Virus record (IMG/VR): IMGVR_UViG_3300030109_005647 | Coordinates: 64,001-128,000 of that record | Strand: one strand, 5' to 3' | Source: a virus | DNA length: 64,000 bases | Part shown: piece after piece, positions 28,165 to 38,353 of the stretch | Numbering within the stretch: the first letter of the stretch is position 1 | Layout: each line of letters begins with the position of its first letter | Position numbers and translations under genes: made by a program | Notes under the pieces: model-generated | Database searches by the model: none | The model's input: only the letters and a program-made list of their open reading frames with translations | What the model was told of the DNA's origin: nothing

Positions 28165-29997
28165 TTATTCTACTCTAAACCTAAACCTTTCTGGTTGCTC
28201 AACGTAACTTCCATTAATTAGATAAGAAAAGCTTAATTCATAGACAGTATCGCTATCAAATAAGTTCATTTCTAAGTCAAAGTAGCTACCACTCGCATCA
28301 TAAGATAACCGAGTGTGGTTTAGCGAACCGGTCCCAAAAGGAATAACTTCTAGATTATCGCTCACGCGGGTGAAGCGATAGTAAGTATTGTCAATTATAC
28401 TTGTTTCTATTTCGTTATTCGCTACTGTATAAATAGTTGGGGACCAATCTTTTTGACGAGTATAGAGTCTAAATCTTACCTTTTCACCTTGATTATAAAC
28501 TGCACGTAAGTTGGTGACTTTAGAGACATATCTTTGGTCAAAATTATAATTTTGACTGTTAAAGGTTTGTACAGTTACCGCTGAACCGGTGTGGTACTCA
28601 ATCCCGTCTTTATTCCAAACATCAAATATTTTTGTGATGCTTGAAGAGGCGTAAGCAAATGAACATGAGTAAATACCCGTTTCGACGTGAGAGCCTGTAA
28701 TGGTTAGAGTGTCTGGTGAGTTTACGCCGCCGCCGAAAGGTAAAGAAAGTTTATTTCCAGTAGGGGCGGTGCTGCCGCTATAAATATTAACGAAAATATT
28801 TCCTGTCCCTATCGCTGGGATATCTTTAAGCTGTCCTCTGACCACGTTGTATAGATATAGATTCATTAAATTATCAGAAGCTGGAACAAGAGAGGAACTT
28901 AAGAAAAAATCTCCACGATTATCTTTTTTGCTGTCATCCCATCGGGCTTCGATAATGGGTCGTTTGTGAAAAAACTGTGATCCACGCGCAAAGAACATTT
29001 TAGTATAATAAGATTGTTCTTCAGTTTCATTGGCGGCGGTAAGACGCACACCAAAGCCATGATTACTTAAATCACCAGAAACCCAATCCTCCACGAGATG
29101 GCTTACATCAACCTCTAAGTTTTCGAAACCAGAGTCAAAAGATTGTGTGAAAGTATATTCTGCACTGTCGATATAACTGCCACCTTCAACATTGGCGCCG
29201 CCAGTAAAGTTAGCCACTGTAACACCATTGACGCTATCTGTATTATCTTTATCACCTATTGTGCCAGCAGTTGTCTGAGTAACTGTAACTTTAGTGCTAT
29301 CTGTAACTACAGCAGTAAACCCAGCATTTGTGGTCGCAGTAATTGACGCGGCAATTGCCGTTGCTATGTTCGCATTGCTCGTGGCGCCGCCATAGCCTAA
29401 TTCTACAGTGCCCCCCGCAGTGCCTCCTGGTTGTGACCCAAAGGGAGTAGTATCTTTAAACTGATACGTTGTGGCAACGCCAGCCGCATCGACCAAAATA
29501 AATGTTTCATTATTTCCTATCGATCCGTGACCAGTGACCGTAATTAGAGCGGTTGATCTTCCTGAATTCTCTGCCCACGGAACGCCACTAGAAGCAGAAA
29601 GATAGTTAGATGCATCTTCATCTGTATAATTTTCCATGTCCAGACCAAGACCTTCATTCCAAGATTGAGATATCGGCTGTACTAATAAAGCGTAATCCTT
29701 CGGCGTAGTTTGTGTATGCTCCGCGTCATACATGGTTAAGAAGAAATTAACACTACCAGATGCTGGAATTATGCCACTTGTTCTATCTGTATTTATTGCA
29801 GTTGTGTCGAATTCAATAAGAACTCGCGCTAATTCTGAGGATAGACCAGTGCTTGAACTTACTTGGGCATATATGCTAAAAACTTCAAGGATATCAGATT
29901 GACCCATATTTCCGCTGACACCACGGGTATCAAGGTTTGATTTGAAAGCGTTTGTTATGGTGTTATCTTTTGTCGCGTAGTATCTTTTTATAGCCAT
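28165..29997 (-). CDS. Virion protein with DNRLRE-like domain and an inserted module
   Basis: ATKDNTI..NMG..RVLIEFD..PISQSWNEG..W..GG pattern; Ig-like C-terminus. Confidence 0.6.
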   Translation of the reverse strand: MAIKRYYATKDNTITNAFKSNLDTRGVSGNMGQSDILEVFSIYAQVSSSTGLSSELARVLIEFDTTAINTDRTSGIIPASGSVNFFLTMYDAEHTQTTPKDYALLVQPISQSWNEGLGLDMENYTDEDASNYLSASSGVPWAENSGRSTALITVTGHGSIGNNETFILVDAAGVATTYQFKDTTPFGSQPGGTAGGTVELGYGGATSNANIATAIAASITATTNAGFTAVVTDSTKVTVTQTTAGTIGDKDNTDSVNGVTVANFTGGANVEGGSYIDSAEYTFTQSFDSGFENLEVDVSHLVEDWVSGDLSNHGFGVRLTAANETEEQSYYTKMFFARGSQFFHKRPIIEARWDDSKKDNRGDFFLSSSLVPASDNLMNLYLYNVVRGQLKDIPAIGTGNIFVNIYSGSTAPTGNKLSLPFGGGVNSPDTLTITGSHVETGIYSCSFAYASSSITKIFDVWNKDGIEYHTGSAVTVQTFNSQNYNFDQRYVSKVTNLRAVYNQGEKVRFRLYTRQKDWSPTIYTVANNEIETSIIDNTYYRFTRVSDNLEVIPFGTGSLNHTRLSYDASGSYFDLEMNLFDSDTVYELSFSYLINGSYVEQPERFRFRVE

Positions 29998-31793
29998 TAT
30001 TGAACAGTCCCTATGATGTCTGTGTTTGGAAATTTAATTTCAAAAACTGAATCGAATGGGCAAATTATTTTTCTACCATCTCTGCTTAAATTCCCGTCAA
30101 CAGAAAAGTTTGTATCTGAATATAAAGAGCCAGTTTTTGTTTCAACCTGTACGTCAATAACATCCAACACTAAAGGTGAATTTTTCAAGACAGAGAATAT
30201 ATCTGTTATAAAAAATGATTCTCCAATTTCATATTTGCCTCTACTATTAAAGAAATTAGCAATGCTATTTTTTGAAGAGTCTAAAGCGGCAAATTTATCT
30301 ACGTCTGGGTATGCTATTATTTTGTAATTTACTTGTAAGTTTATTATTTTAGCATCCAATATATCAATTGTATCGTTAATCATTTTAAACTTAGAAATGT
30401 AAGTTCTTAAATTATTTTTAATCGTAGCGCTGCTAACCTCTAAATTTCCTAAATTATTCTGGGAGACAACATACAAATTAATATTTCTCTGGTTAAATGA
30501 GTCTGAGTCTTGATAGACGCCCACTTTCTTAATAGTGCCGAATTTTGGAGGCATGTTGTATGCGGCTGTCATCATGTCTTCTTTTGTTACTATTCTATTC
30601 TGCATAGAATAACTTCCAAAGGCTCTTTCTTTTATTTCTTCTTGAGATGGGAAAGGATTATCACCTACGAAAGCCTCTTCGTTTATCACCTCTAAGCTAT
30701 CTCTTGTGGTAGTAACAGAGTTGGCATTGAGAACAGCCTCGCTCTCAAAAGAGAAAATAGGATCATATACAACGTTAACTGTATTTTGAGCAGTGTTTGT
30801 ATCTTCAGAAGAATTAATTCTATAGATTATTGTTAATACTGTGTTACTTGGGCTTACACCAAGAGAGTCTGTTTTTATTAAAGAAGCCGGGTCAAAAGAA
30901 TCATCTATTATGTGCGTTCTGCCGTGCGTGTTTATCAAAACCTTGCTCGGGTCCAAAACCTCTTCAACGTTTTCTTCTGATCCCGCACCAAATTGTAAAA
31001 AAACTGAATTTCTTTCTTTTATAACGGTATATCGGCGTGGAACAGAAATTGGTTTCATAATACTTGCAACAGTCTGACTGTCGGACCCATTATTGTCAAC
31101 TCCAACAAATACAGTGTTCTGGCTTAGGTAGTCGACTTCAAAATATGGATTTCCATCTGAATCGATTACAGAAACAATTTCTGTAATGTTTTCTCCCGGT
31201 ACCTCAACTTGTCTATAACGAATATACGAACCTAGTACTTGCTCTGTAACAGCTAGTTCTCCTGAGATGGCTTGTCCTCTTGCGCGAATGGCGTAAGATG
31301 TTGGGACGCCAGTGTTATTATCAACCTCACCAACAACAACCTCATTTTGTTCTGTATCTTTAAAATTGACATCTTCCAAAAGAGTAAATGTTTTTCCACC
31401 ATTAGTTTTAAATTTGCTATTAGATTTTAATATTGGCGCATAATCATAATCTGGAGCACCAGTGAGATTAGCAGGAACTAAAATAAAAAATGTTAAAGTG
31501 CCGTATGAAGCGGGGGATAAATCTGCTTTATATCCCATCTGTCTAGATATTTTTAATATATTGTCGTACTCTGTTGCGGTTGTTAAAAAGCTTTCGTTTA
31601 CTTGATAATCCAAATAAAAAGAAAGAATATCGCCAACATAAGAAACAGTATCCAACATCAAAGATCCAAAAGAGTTAACAGAAAAGTCTCTAAATGTCTC
31701 TGGGTAGTATCTTCTGGCATAGTTTACCAAATCGTTCTTTATAGTGGTAAAGTCTCTACTTGTGTAGTCTATAGATGGTTTTTTTGGTGGCAT
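29997..31793 (-). CDS. Baseplate wedge subunit (T4 gp6 / baseplate-J-like)
   Basis: IDYTSRDFTTIKNDL, GSLMLDTVSYVGDILSFYLD..NESFLTTA, FLQFG, QNRIVTKED. Confidence 0.88.
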   Translation of the reverse strand: MPPKKPSIDYTSRDFTTIKNDLVNYARRYYPETFRDFSVNSFGSLMLDTVSYVGDILSFYLDYQVNESFLTTATEYDNILKISRQMGYKADLSPASYGTLTFFILVPANLTGAPDYDYAPILKSNSKFKTNGGKTFTLLEDVNFKDTEQNEVVVGEVDNNTGVPTSYAIRARGQAISGELAVTEQVLGSYIRYRQVEVPGENITEIVSVIDSDGNPYFEVDYLSQNTVFVGVDNNGSDSQTVASIMKPISVPRRYTVIKERNSVFLQFGAGSEENVEEVLDPSKVLINTHGRTHIIDDSFDPASLIKTDSLGVSPSNTVLTIIYRINSSEDTNTAQNTVNVVYDPIFSFESEAVLNANSVTTTRDSLEVINEEAFVGDNPFPSQEEIKERAFGSYSMQNRIVTKEDMMTAAYNMPPKFGTIKKVGVYQDSDSFNQRNINLYVVSQNNLGNLEVSSATIKNNLRTYISKFKMINDTIDILDAKIINLQVNYKIIAYPDVDKFAALDSSKNSIANFFNSRGKYEIGESFFITDIFSVLKNSPLVLDVIDVQVETKTGSLYSDTNFSVDGNLSRDGRKIICPFDSVFEIKFPNTDIIGTVQ

Positions 31794-31810
31794 AATCTAA
31801 ATTAATCCTT

Positions 31811-32215
31811 TTAATTCTGTATAGTTTCGACTAGTGTTACCGAATCTGTATTTTTCGTGCCTTTTATAAGATATTCAAATCTCACAGACAATAGATTTCT
31901 TTGTCCTGTTGTTGATATTTCGCGGTTAGAACCTCTATTAACCTGTAGATCAATTATTTGTATTTCTGGTAAATAGGTTGCAACTTGACTTCTTATTCTT
32001 TCCTCTATATCGAATTCAGGTGTGTTTTCAAATAGATAGTTTCTTAATCCAACCCCATAATCTGGAATCATAATACGTTCACCAGGAGCAGTAAGCATTA
32101 ACATTTTTACCTTTTGTTTTGTATTTTCTTTGGCAGTTTTTGTTAAACCGTAAAAAAGATCTGTTCTGTCTTCGAGTAAAGGTAACTTTGCATCTAACCC
32201 TATAGTGCCTTGCAT
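31811..32215 (-). CDS. Baseplate gp25/GPW-like sheath initiator
   Basis: VKMLMLTAPGERIMIPDYGVGL..LFE hallmark. Confidence 0.9.
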   Translation of the reverse strand: MQGTIGLDAKLPLLEDRTDLFYGLTKTAKENTKQKVKMLMLTAPGERIMIPDYGVGLRNYLFENTPEFDIEERIRSQVATYLPEIQIIDLQVNRGSNREISTTGQRNLLSVRFEYLIKGTKNTDSVTLVETIQN

Positions 32216-32235
32216 TTATTGACCCCCAATACAAA

Positions 32236-32243
32236 TAAATAGT
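32236..32243 (-). promoter_or_regulatory. Candidate phage promoter ACTATTTA
   Basis: Intergenic; ends 21 nt before the gp25 start. Confidence 0.5.
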
Positions 32244-32257
32244 TTATTTAATAAATA

Positions 32258-35200
32258 CTAATCTTCGCAATCCAAAGTATTTTCGGAGCCCTGTATTATG
32301 TTATTGGCTTCTTGAGTGCCATCAGACAGCGTGCTTTGGTCTGAATCGTCCGGTATGCCATCTAGAATTTTTGCTACGATTCCAATTGGAGTTAGTGGTC
32401 CAGGTAAAAGCCAAGGCGTTCTCCAGGTTGGATCGACCATGTTTGCTGCGCCTTTTAATAAAGTTTCTAGAAAAAGATTAATTAAATTAAAATCAAAAGA
32501 ATCAGCAGGAAGTTGGGCTTCAGGTGTATACTTATAAAAATCTTGATTATTTTCTCTATCTGCCGTAGCAGCAACATTGTTTTTAGAGGAATTTAGAGTT
32601 TGTAACGTGTTCCTAAATAAATTATCCATATTAGGGTAATTTTTTTGAACCGATTCTGTAAGCAATACAGCAACAAAAGATAAAATATTTTTATACTGCA
32701 TTGAGTCCACGAGCGCTCGAAAAGTATCAGAATTTGCGAAACTAGCCTCAAAGCCTGCCCCTTCACCGCAAACTTCAGGAAAGAAGCTAAACTGACTGTC
32801 GCCCTTAAACGCTGTTGGTTTTACTGTACAAGTTTGAATTTTAACAAGAGGTAGTTTGAAATACTTTTTACCATCAGTGCCCTCTTGAACGAAGTATTTT
32901 CTTTGAAGGGCAGCGTTAACGAAATCTTTCCTACTTAGTTTATCTATTTGATTATTTAAATCAGAACTGTCTTCGGCATTTAAAATTAAACTAAATGAAT
33001 TTGCTAAATCAGCAAATAAACTTAAATAATTTGTGTCAGATAGTTCATCAACAGGTATTAATATATTTAAAGTCTTATAGCCACTCAAAGAAGAAAAGTA
33101 TTTACTTTGATCTTTTAGTTCCTGTTCTATAGCGTTTATTGCGTGAACTGGCAATGGGCTAAACTGTAAATTAGTCACAACTAAAGATATAAAATCACTA
33201 ACACTATTGAATACATTTTCGGGCGATGCGAGAGTGCTGCGATAAGTTTGGTATTCTGTAGAGTCATATGATATATAACCATTAATTTTAGACAATTCTT
33301 TGACTTGATCGCTCGTTAAATACTGAAAAGCTTGGTTATCAAAGTACACGTCTTGAATATCATAAGAGGGCACTTTGTTGCCAGTGCTAGACACTGAACC
33401 AAACAAATACTTAGAAATTATGCTGCCGCCAAAGACATCCTGATTAAAGTTTCCCCTAAGATATATTCCAGATTGTTGAACTTCCGAAGGTGTTAAAAGA
33501 GTTTTTGTCGCATCAATCATCGGCGCAGTCTCTGGTAGCGCGAGAAAGATCGTGTCATACAAGCTTTTTTCAAATACTCCACTCTCGCCAAAGCGCTTGT
33601 GTTGTACTTCAAATCCATTTTCTAAAAAGAATCCACCGTTAAATAATCTGCTTGGTTTACCTTCAGCATCTTTAGAATAAAAACCATTTGGTATTTTTGT
33701 TATGTGATTGTCAAAATCAATCTCAATTACAGGGGGAGGATTATAATTTTGACTAGTGGCAAGTATGTTATTCAGACAAGTTTGATATACATTTTGTAAA
33801 GGATCTGTAAATTCTTGAGCAAACTCTCCCTCTTCAAAAAATGTGCCCTTCGTTGCAAACCCAGAATTAACTATTTTTTCCACAACTACCGGTTGTATTT
33901 GTTTTATAGATGTAGAGATTATTTCTCTTAATGAGTTAGATTTTATTTGTTCATCTGTCAACCCAGGGTTGTCCAAGTCTAAATTGTTTCTAGCTATATA
34001 AACCTGTCTTATTGACTCCTGCAAGACGTTTTCAAAAAAGAATATATCATTTTGTTCAAAAATTAACACTTTTCGTTTTACCTGATCCACAAGGTATGTA
34101 AAATAAAATGAATCAAAGTCTTTTTTATCTTCGGAGTCAGGAGGGATAATAGCATCGATACCATAAGATGCAAAAGTAAAAAAGCTTTTTAAAAACTCAT
34201 TTATTGTAAGTACCCTCACATATGCTTCATAAAAAGAATATATCTTTGCTTTTTCTACTGCAGTTGGTACCGCATTGAGACCTAGAATACAGCCTAATTT
34301 ATCAGAATTTTCTTTAAATCTAGTGACTATATCTTCGTATCCAAACAATGATTTATCACAAGAGTTTTTCTTGTTTACTTGAAGTTTATCAAAGTTTTCT
34401 TTTTTAAATAAATCGTTACCAGAAGAAACATACTCTGCGTGCTCTTTAATCATTTGTTCTATCAACGCGCCGAAAAATGATATACTTTTAACTGTTGATA
34501 AAATGTTGTTTGAATACTCCGATTGATCTTCCGTGCTGTTTAGATTATTAATACTGTCAAAAAAGTCTTGATAGGAGTGAGATTCCAAACTAGAAAAGAA
34601 AGATGTTGATCCAACTACTAATGCGGCAGTGCTTGGAGGAATATTATCTGTTTCAAAGTCTCCGTAATTTAGTCGATATTGTATTGGAGATCCCTCTGGT
34701 TGATCGCTTAATATAGTACTCAAATATATTTTGATATATTGAGTTAAAAGTGTGGTTTCTGTTATAATGCCGTTTTTTGATGCCGCTACAATATTGTTAT
34801 AAACTTTTTTACCGACAGTGTTAAATTGATTCACTAAGCCATTTAAAGTTGCTTTATTGACATCCTGAAGACCTTGAATGCTAGAATTATTAGGGTCCGC
34901 AAACTTGTAAAGGCTATTCATCGCATTGGTTAAATTCGCAGGAGCTAGTGGTCCTTGAAAGAATTTTGCTAGGCTTTCTGGACCTGTGCCAAACTGATTT
35001 GTAAAAATCATTTTGAACCCGACTAATTCTCTCTCAAAAATCTCTTGAATAGAAAGAAAAGAATCATTAAGAAATTTTTCATCTATGTATTGAGATGTGT
35101 CATGCTGCAATGTTTTGAATATTGGAGGATTATCTGATCCGTCCGCATCTGGACCGCAAAAAACTGGCGTATTAAATAAACTTGGGTTCTGCAGTTGATA

Positions 35201-37351
35201 GATTGAATCCATAACCTTTTCTAGTATCTGATTTTCTGAATCATTCAATGCCTTTAAAGCATCCTCTGTGAGTTTTTGCCTTAAATCTTCAGCTAAAAAA
35301 TCATCACTGACGGGACTACATAACGCATTTAAAACTTTTTTCGTATTCTCTAGGGCATCTATTTTTTCTTTACATAGTTTTGAATCAATGCTTCCAGCAA
35401 ATAAGAGAAACAATTCTTTAACACCCTGTTCATCTCCCAGGGCGTCTCGCAGAGACTTAAAGCGTTCTAAAGACAAAAGACCATAGAAGATTTTGTTAAT
35501 TATTGAATTGTAATTCAATCCAGTTGAAAATGTTGAAAACAGAGAGCACATTTCAGATACAGTCAGAAGATCATTTAAACTGTCAAAAAAGTCATCTAAA
35601 ACATTCCTGCTCACTTTGTTTTCCAGGTAAGCCTCTATTTCGTCAAATATCTCCGGGTTCGTAACTATTTCTTGAAGATTATCTTGCTCATATGGAAATT
35701 GTAGGTCCCCTAAATCATCCAACTCTTCTGATTCTTGGGCTGCTCCATCAGGACTTTTGAGGTTGGAAAAATCTGCAGCACTCGTACCATCACACAAGCC
35801 AGCTAATTCTCTCAATATCGCTCCAATTGTCTCGACAACTATTTGTGTTACTAGGCTGTATATCGCTTCTTTTAATGTTTGACTTGAATCGGAACCCATA
35901 CGCATCCCTTGATATTGATCAAGGGTGCCTGCTATGTTCTCCATAGCCTCTCTAGCTGGGTTGGCTAAACTATCTGCCTGTCTACGAATGAGTTCACCGG
36001 CTTTTATATTTGCATCTTGTATGTCTTCTAGTGCCTCTTTTGATATGTTCTTGATTTCATTTACAGTATTTTCTAATTGTTGTTGACCGGATAAAGCAGA
36101 TAAAAGAGATAGTGCGGCGGGTATAGCACCCAAGACAACAACACAAATTATATCTCTCTCCTGTGGATTTGCTTGTCGATATGTTTGTATTAAAAAATCT
36201 CTTACTATAGCTACAGTTGTTGAACTAGGGGTCGGTTGATTTAAATCACTATCTTGAAGACTTGTTTCTGTCTTTATTAGTGAAGCTAAAATGGCGGCTT
36301 CTGGATTTACACTATTGTATAAATACAATATTATGTTTTGTACATCTCTATTGGTCAGGTTTCTCATAATTGTATTACAAACCTGAGATAGAGGAGAAGA
36401 CTTGATCAGCTTAACTGTACATTTTGCTGCTTGTCGTATTAAATATTCTACAGGTATTGAATTCAATACTTTTTTATAAACATCGTCAATTGTCTTTATC
36501 TCGGTGGCATTTCGTAAAATATTAAGAACCACTGGATCACCAACTTGAAGAAGTGTTTTACGGACATCATCATTTATAATTCTTTTATCAGTGATACCCA
36601 ATCTCAATAATTCTTGATCCACCTGCTCAGTGGTCTTATAAGCGGTGGAGCCGTCATTATAAATTTTTCTCAATAGTTTATTTGGCTTGTTTAATCTATC
36701 TTCTCCATCTCCTATACCAACAACGCCTCTTTTTTCATCCTTATCTACTATAGGAGAATCTAGTGCTTCTGTTTCCTCTTCAATCCCAAGATTGTTTATT
36801 GGGTTTTCTATTAAATCTATAGTATCTGACAATGTAACATCAACAAATAATAGAACCTGAAAGTAGATTAGAGATCCAGCGTCTTTGTTGCCTGGGTCGA
36901 CATAAAAGTTTCGAGTAATGAGCATTTGCTGCGGAAGTCTTTCTGATACTTCCTCGCTTGCTATATCATCTTCACTATCTTCGGCAAAACCCAATACAAA
37001 ATTAAAAGTTTTATCTGTTTTAAAACTTTGGGCAAAAACACTTAAAGCTTCGCTTTTAATAGTAACAATTAATTCTTCATTAAAATCATTAGAGCTAAAC
37101 TTTTCTTTCCCTAGAATGTCTAAAACTTGCTTTATTGAAAATTGAGTTGTTATGTGATAAACATTTGTCTCTTTTCTTATTGTTTCATCAAAAGTTTGAA
37201 ATATAATTTCATCTTGACTGTTCTTGATGTTAGTATTTTCATCAAGAAAGCTCTCAGCATTTGGAGAAGCAAAAGCAATGCCTTCTGCTTCGTCATAGCT
37301 TATTTCTGTAGAGCCAATTTGTTTATACCATCTTGTTATTTGATTTGCCAT
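32258..37351 (-). CDS. Large acidic helical hypothetical protein (between spike and gp25)
   Basis: 1697-aa uninterrupted ORF; no motif recognised. Confidence 0.6.
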   Translation of the reverse strand: MANQITRWYKQIGSTEISYDEAEGIAFASPNAESFLDENTNIKNSQDEIIFQTFDETIRKETNVYHITTQFSIKQVLDILGKEKFSSNDFNEELIVTIKSEALSVFAQSFKTDKTFNFVLGFAEDSEDDIASEEVSERLPQQMLITRNFYVDPGNKDAGSLIYFQVLLFVDVTLSDTIDLIENPINNLGIEEETEALDSPIVDKDEKRGVVGIGDGEDRLNKPNKLLRKIYNDGSTAYKTTEQVDQELLRLGITDKRIINDDVRKTLLQVGDPVVLNILRNATEIKTIDDVYKKVLNSIPVEYLIRQAAKCTVKLIKSSPLSQVCNTIMRNLTNRDVQNIILYLYNSVNPEAAILASLIKTETSLQDSDLNQPTPSSTTVAIVRDFLIQTYRQANPQERDIICVVVLGAIPAALSLLSALSGQQQLENTVNEIKNISKEALEDIQDANIKAGELIRRQADSLANPAREAMENIAGTLDQYQGMRMGSDSSQTLKEAIYSLVTQIVVETIGAILRELAGLCDGTSAADFSNLKSPDGAAQESEELDDLGDLQFPYEQDNLQEIVTNPEIFDEIEAYLENKVSRNVLDDFFDSLNDLLTVSEMCSLFSTFSTGLNYNSIINKIFYGLLSLERFKSLRDALGDEQGVKELFLLFAGSIDSKLCKEKIDALENTKKVLNALCSPVSDDFLAEDLRQKLTEDALKALNDSENQILEKVMDSIYQLQNPSLFNTPVFCGPDADGSDNPPIFKTLQHDTSQYIDEKFLNDSFLSIQEIFERELVGFKMIFTNQFGTGPESLAKFFQGPLAPANLTNAMNSLYKFADPNNSSIQGLQDVNKATLNGLVNQFNTVGKKVYNNIVAASKNGIITETTLLTQYIKIYLSTILSDQPEGSPIQYRLNYGDFETDNIPPSTAALVVGSTSFFSSLESHSYQDFFDSINNLNSTEDQSEYSNNILSTVKSISFFGALIEQMIKEHAEYVSSGNDLFKKENFDKLQVNKKNSCDKSLFGYEDIVTRFKENSDKLGCILGLNAVPTAVEKAKIYSFYEAYVRVLTINEFLKSFFTFASYGIDAIIPPDSEDKKDFDSFYFTYLVDQVKRKVLIFEQNDIFFFENVLQESIRQVYIARNNLDLDNPGLTDEQIKSNSLREIISTSIKQIQPVVVEKIVNSGFATKGTFFEEGEFAQEFTDPLQNVYQTCLNNILATSQNYNPPPVIEIDFDNHITKIPNGFYSKDAEGKPSRLFNGGFFLENGFEVQHKRFGESGVFEKSLYDTIFLALPETAPMIDATKTLLTPSEVQQSGIYLRGNFNQDVFGGSIISKYLFGSVSSTGNKVPSYDIQDVYFDNQAFQYLTSDQVKELSKINGYISYDSTEYQTYRSTLASPENVFNSVSDFISLVVTNLQFSPLPVHAINAIEQELKDQSKYFSSLSGYKTLNILIPVDELSDTNYLSLFADLANSFSLILNAEDSSDLNNQIDKLSRKDFVNAALQRKYFVQEGTDGKKYFKLPLVKIQTCTVKPTAFKGDSQFSFFPEVCGEGAGFEASFANSDTFRALVDSMQYKNILSFVAVLLTESVQKNYPNMDNLFRNTLQTLNSSKNNVAATADRENNQDFYKYTPEAQLPADSFDFNLINLFLETLLKGAANMVDPTWRTPWLLPGPLTPIGIVAKILDGIPDDSDQSTLSDGTQEANNIIQGSENTLDCED

Positions 37352-37363
37352 AGTTTTCTCTTG

Positions 37364-38332
37364 TTAAGTTGTGTATACGGTTTTACTAGCGCTATTCTCA
37401 TAGCCAAAAGGTTCTGCCGTTGTAAGACCATCAAGTGTTGTTTTTAATTCGTTCATTATAACATCAGCTTGAGCAATTCCAGTGTTGCTAGCGCATTTTA
37501 TACCGCTAACAATAAGATCTATACTTGGTGAAACTTTGCCGCCTGCTACCGCTGCAGGACCTCCACCGGCTGCGACACCTACAGCTTGAATAGCTACACT
37601 ATCGTGCTGGTGTTTTGATATTTCAAGATTAAACTCACTTTGTGCTATTAGAAAGTTTCTAACTATCAATTGAAGTTCGTTTATTCTTTCTACCAATTTT
37701 TTTATGTTTTTGTTGTTTTGCTCTGCTTTCGTTACAGGCTGTAGTAACTCGCCTTTATTAGCGGCAATAAACTCTATTCTGGAGTGGCTTGCAATATCAG
37801 TACCGTGCGAAGAATTTAAATCTGTCCTAGTCGCTATAACTAATTTTTGCCTAGATAAAAGCCTGACAGAATCAGCCTTTGCGATGAAAGACGACACACC
37901 GCGTGCCTGAGATGTGGTGCCTTTTGATATATTCTCGTTTCCATCAGGATCATTAAGCTGGGAGATATTAATATATGCCGCGTCCTTAGCTAGATTTGGT
38001 TCTGTGACCAAAGACGCTTGAGATTTCACACCGGTGACATATCTACGAATGTCACTAGAAGACGGACCAGCACAAATAGAAATTTCTCCAGCGCCCATAT
38101 ATCTTCCATAACCAGAATCAGGATCACCTGGGCGATTTCTTCCTTGTCTAATATATGTCCCATTTTGACCGTAATCTACTTTTTCCCCTGGTAGCCTTCT
38201 AAGTCTTGCGACCCGTTCAACTAATGGATCACCATTGATTCCACACTTATTAAAATAAGTTGAATCTAAATTTGCCGCTCTTTGAGCCTCTGGTGAAAGA
38301 TCGTCAGGATTAAAAACCGATTTAAGAGACAT
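37364..38332 (-). CDS. Putative baseplate central spike (gp5-C/gpV-like)
   Basis: Beta-strand repeats FIAKADSVRLLSRQKLVIAT, short coiled coil, then an HQH (HxH) motif; adjacent to the muramidase gene. Confidence 0.5.
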   Translation of the reverse strand: MSLKSVFNPDDLSPEAQRAANLDSTYFNKCGINGDPLVERVARLRRLPGEKVDYGQNGTYIRQGRNRPGDPDSGYGRYMGAGEISICAGPSSSDIRRYVTGVKSQASLVTEPNLAKDAAYINISQLNDPDGNENISKGTTSQARGVSSFIAKADSVRLLSRQKLVIATRTDLNSSHGTDIASHSRIEFIAANKGELLQPVTKAEQNNKNIKKLVERINELQLIVRNFLIAQSEFNLEISKHQHDSVAIQAVGVAAGGGPAAVAGGKVSPSIDLIVSGIKCASNTGIAQADVIMNELKTTLDGLTTAEPFGYENSASKTVYTT

Positions 38333-38353
38333 ATATGTTTCCTTTTATATTAT

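Noticed and set aside
25210-29555. Inserted modules as inteins or introns
   Set aside because: No Cys/Ser-start with His-Asn-end splice motifs, no homing endonuclease motifs, and reading frames are continuous.
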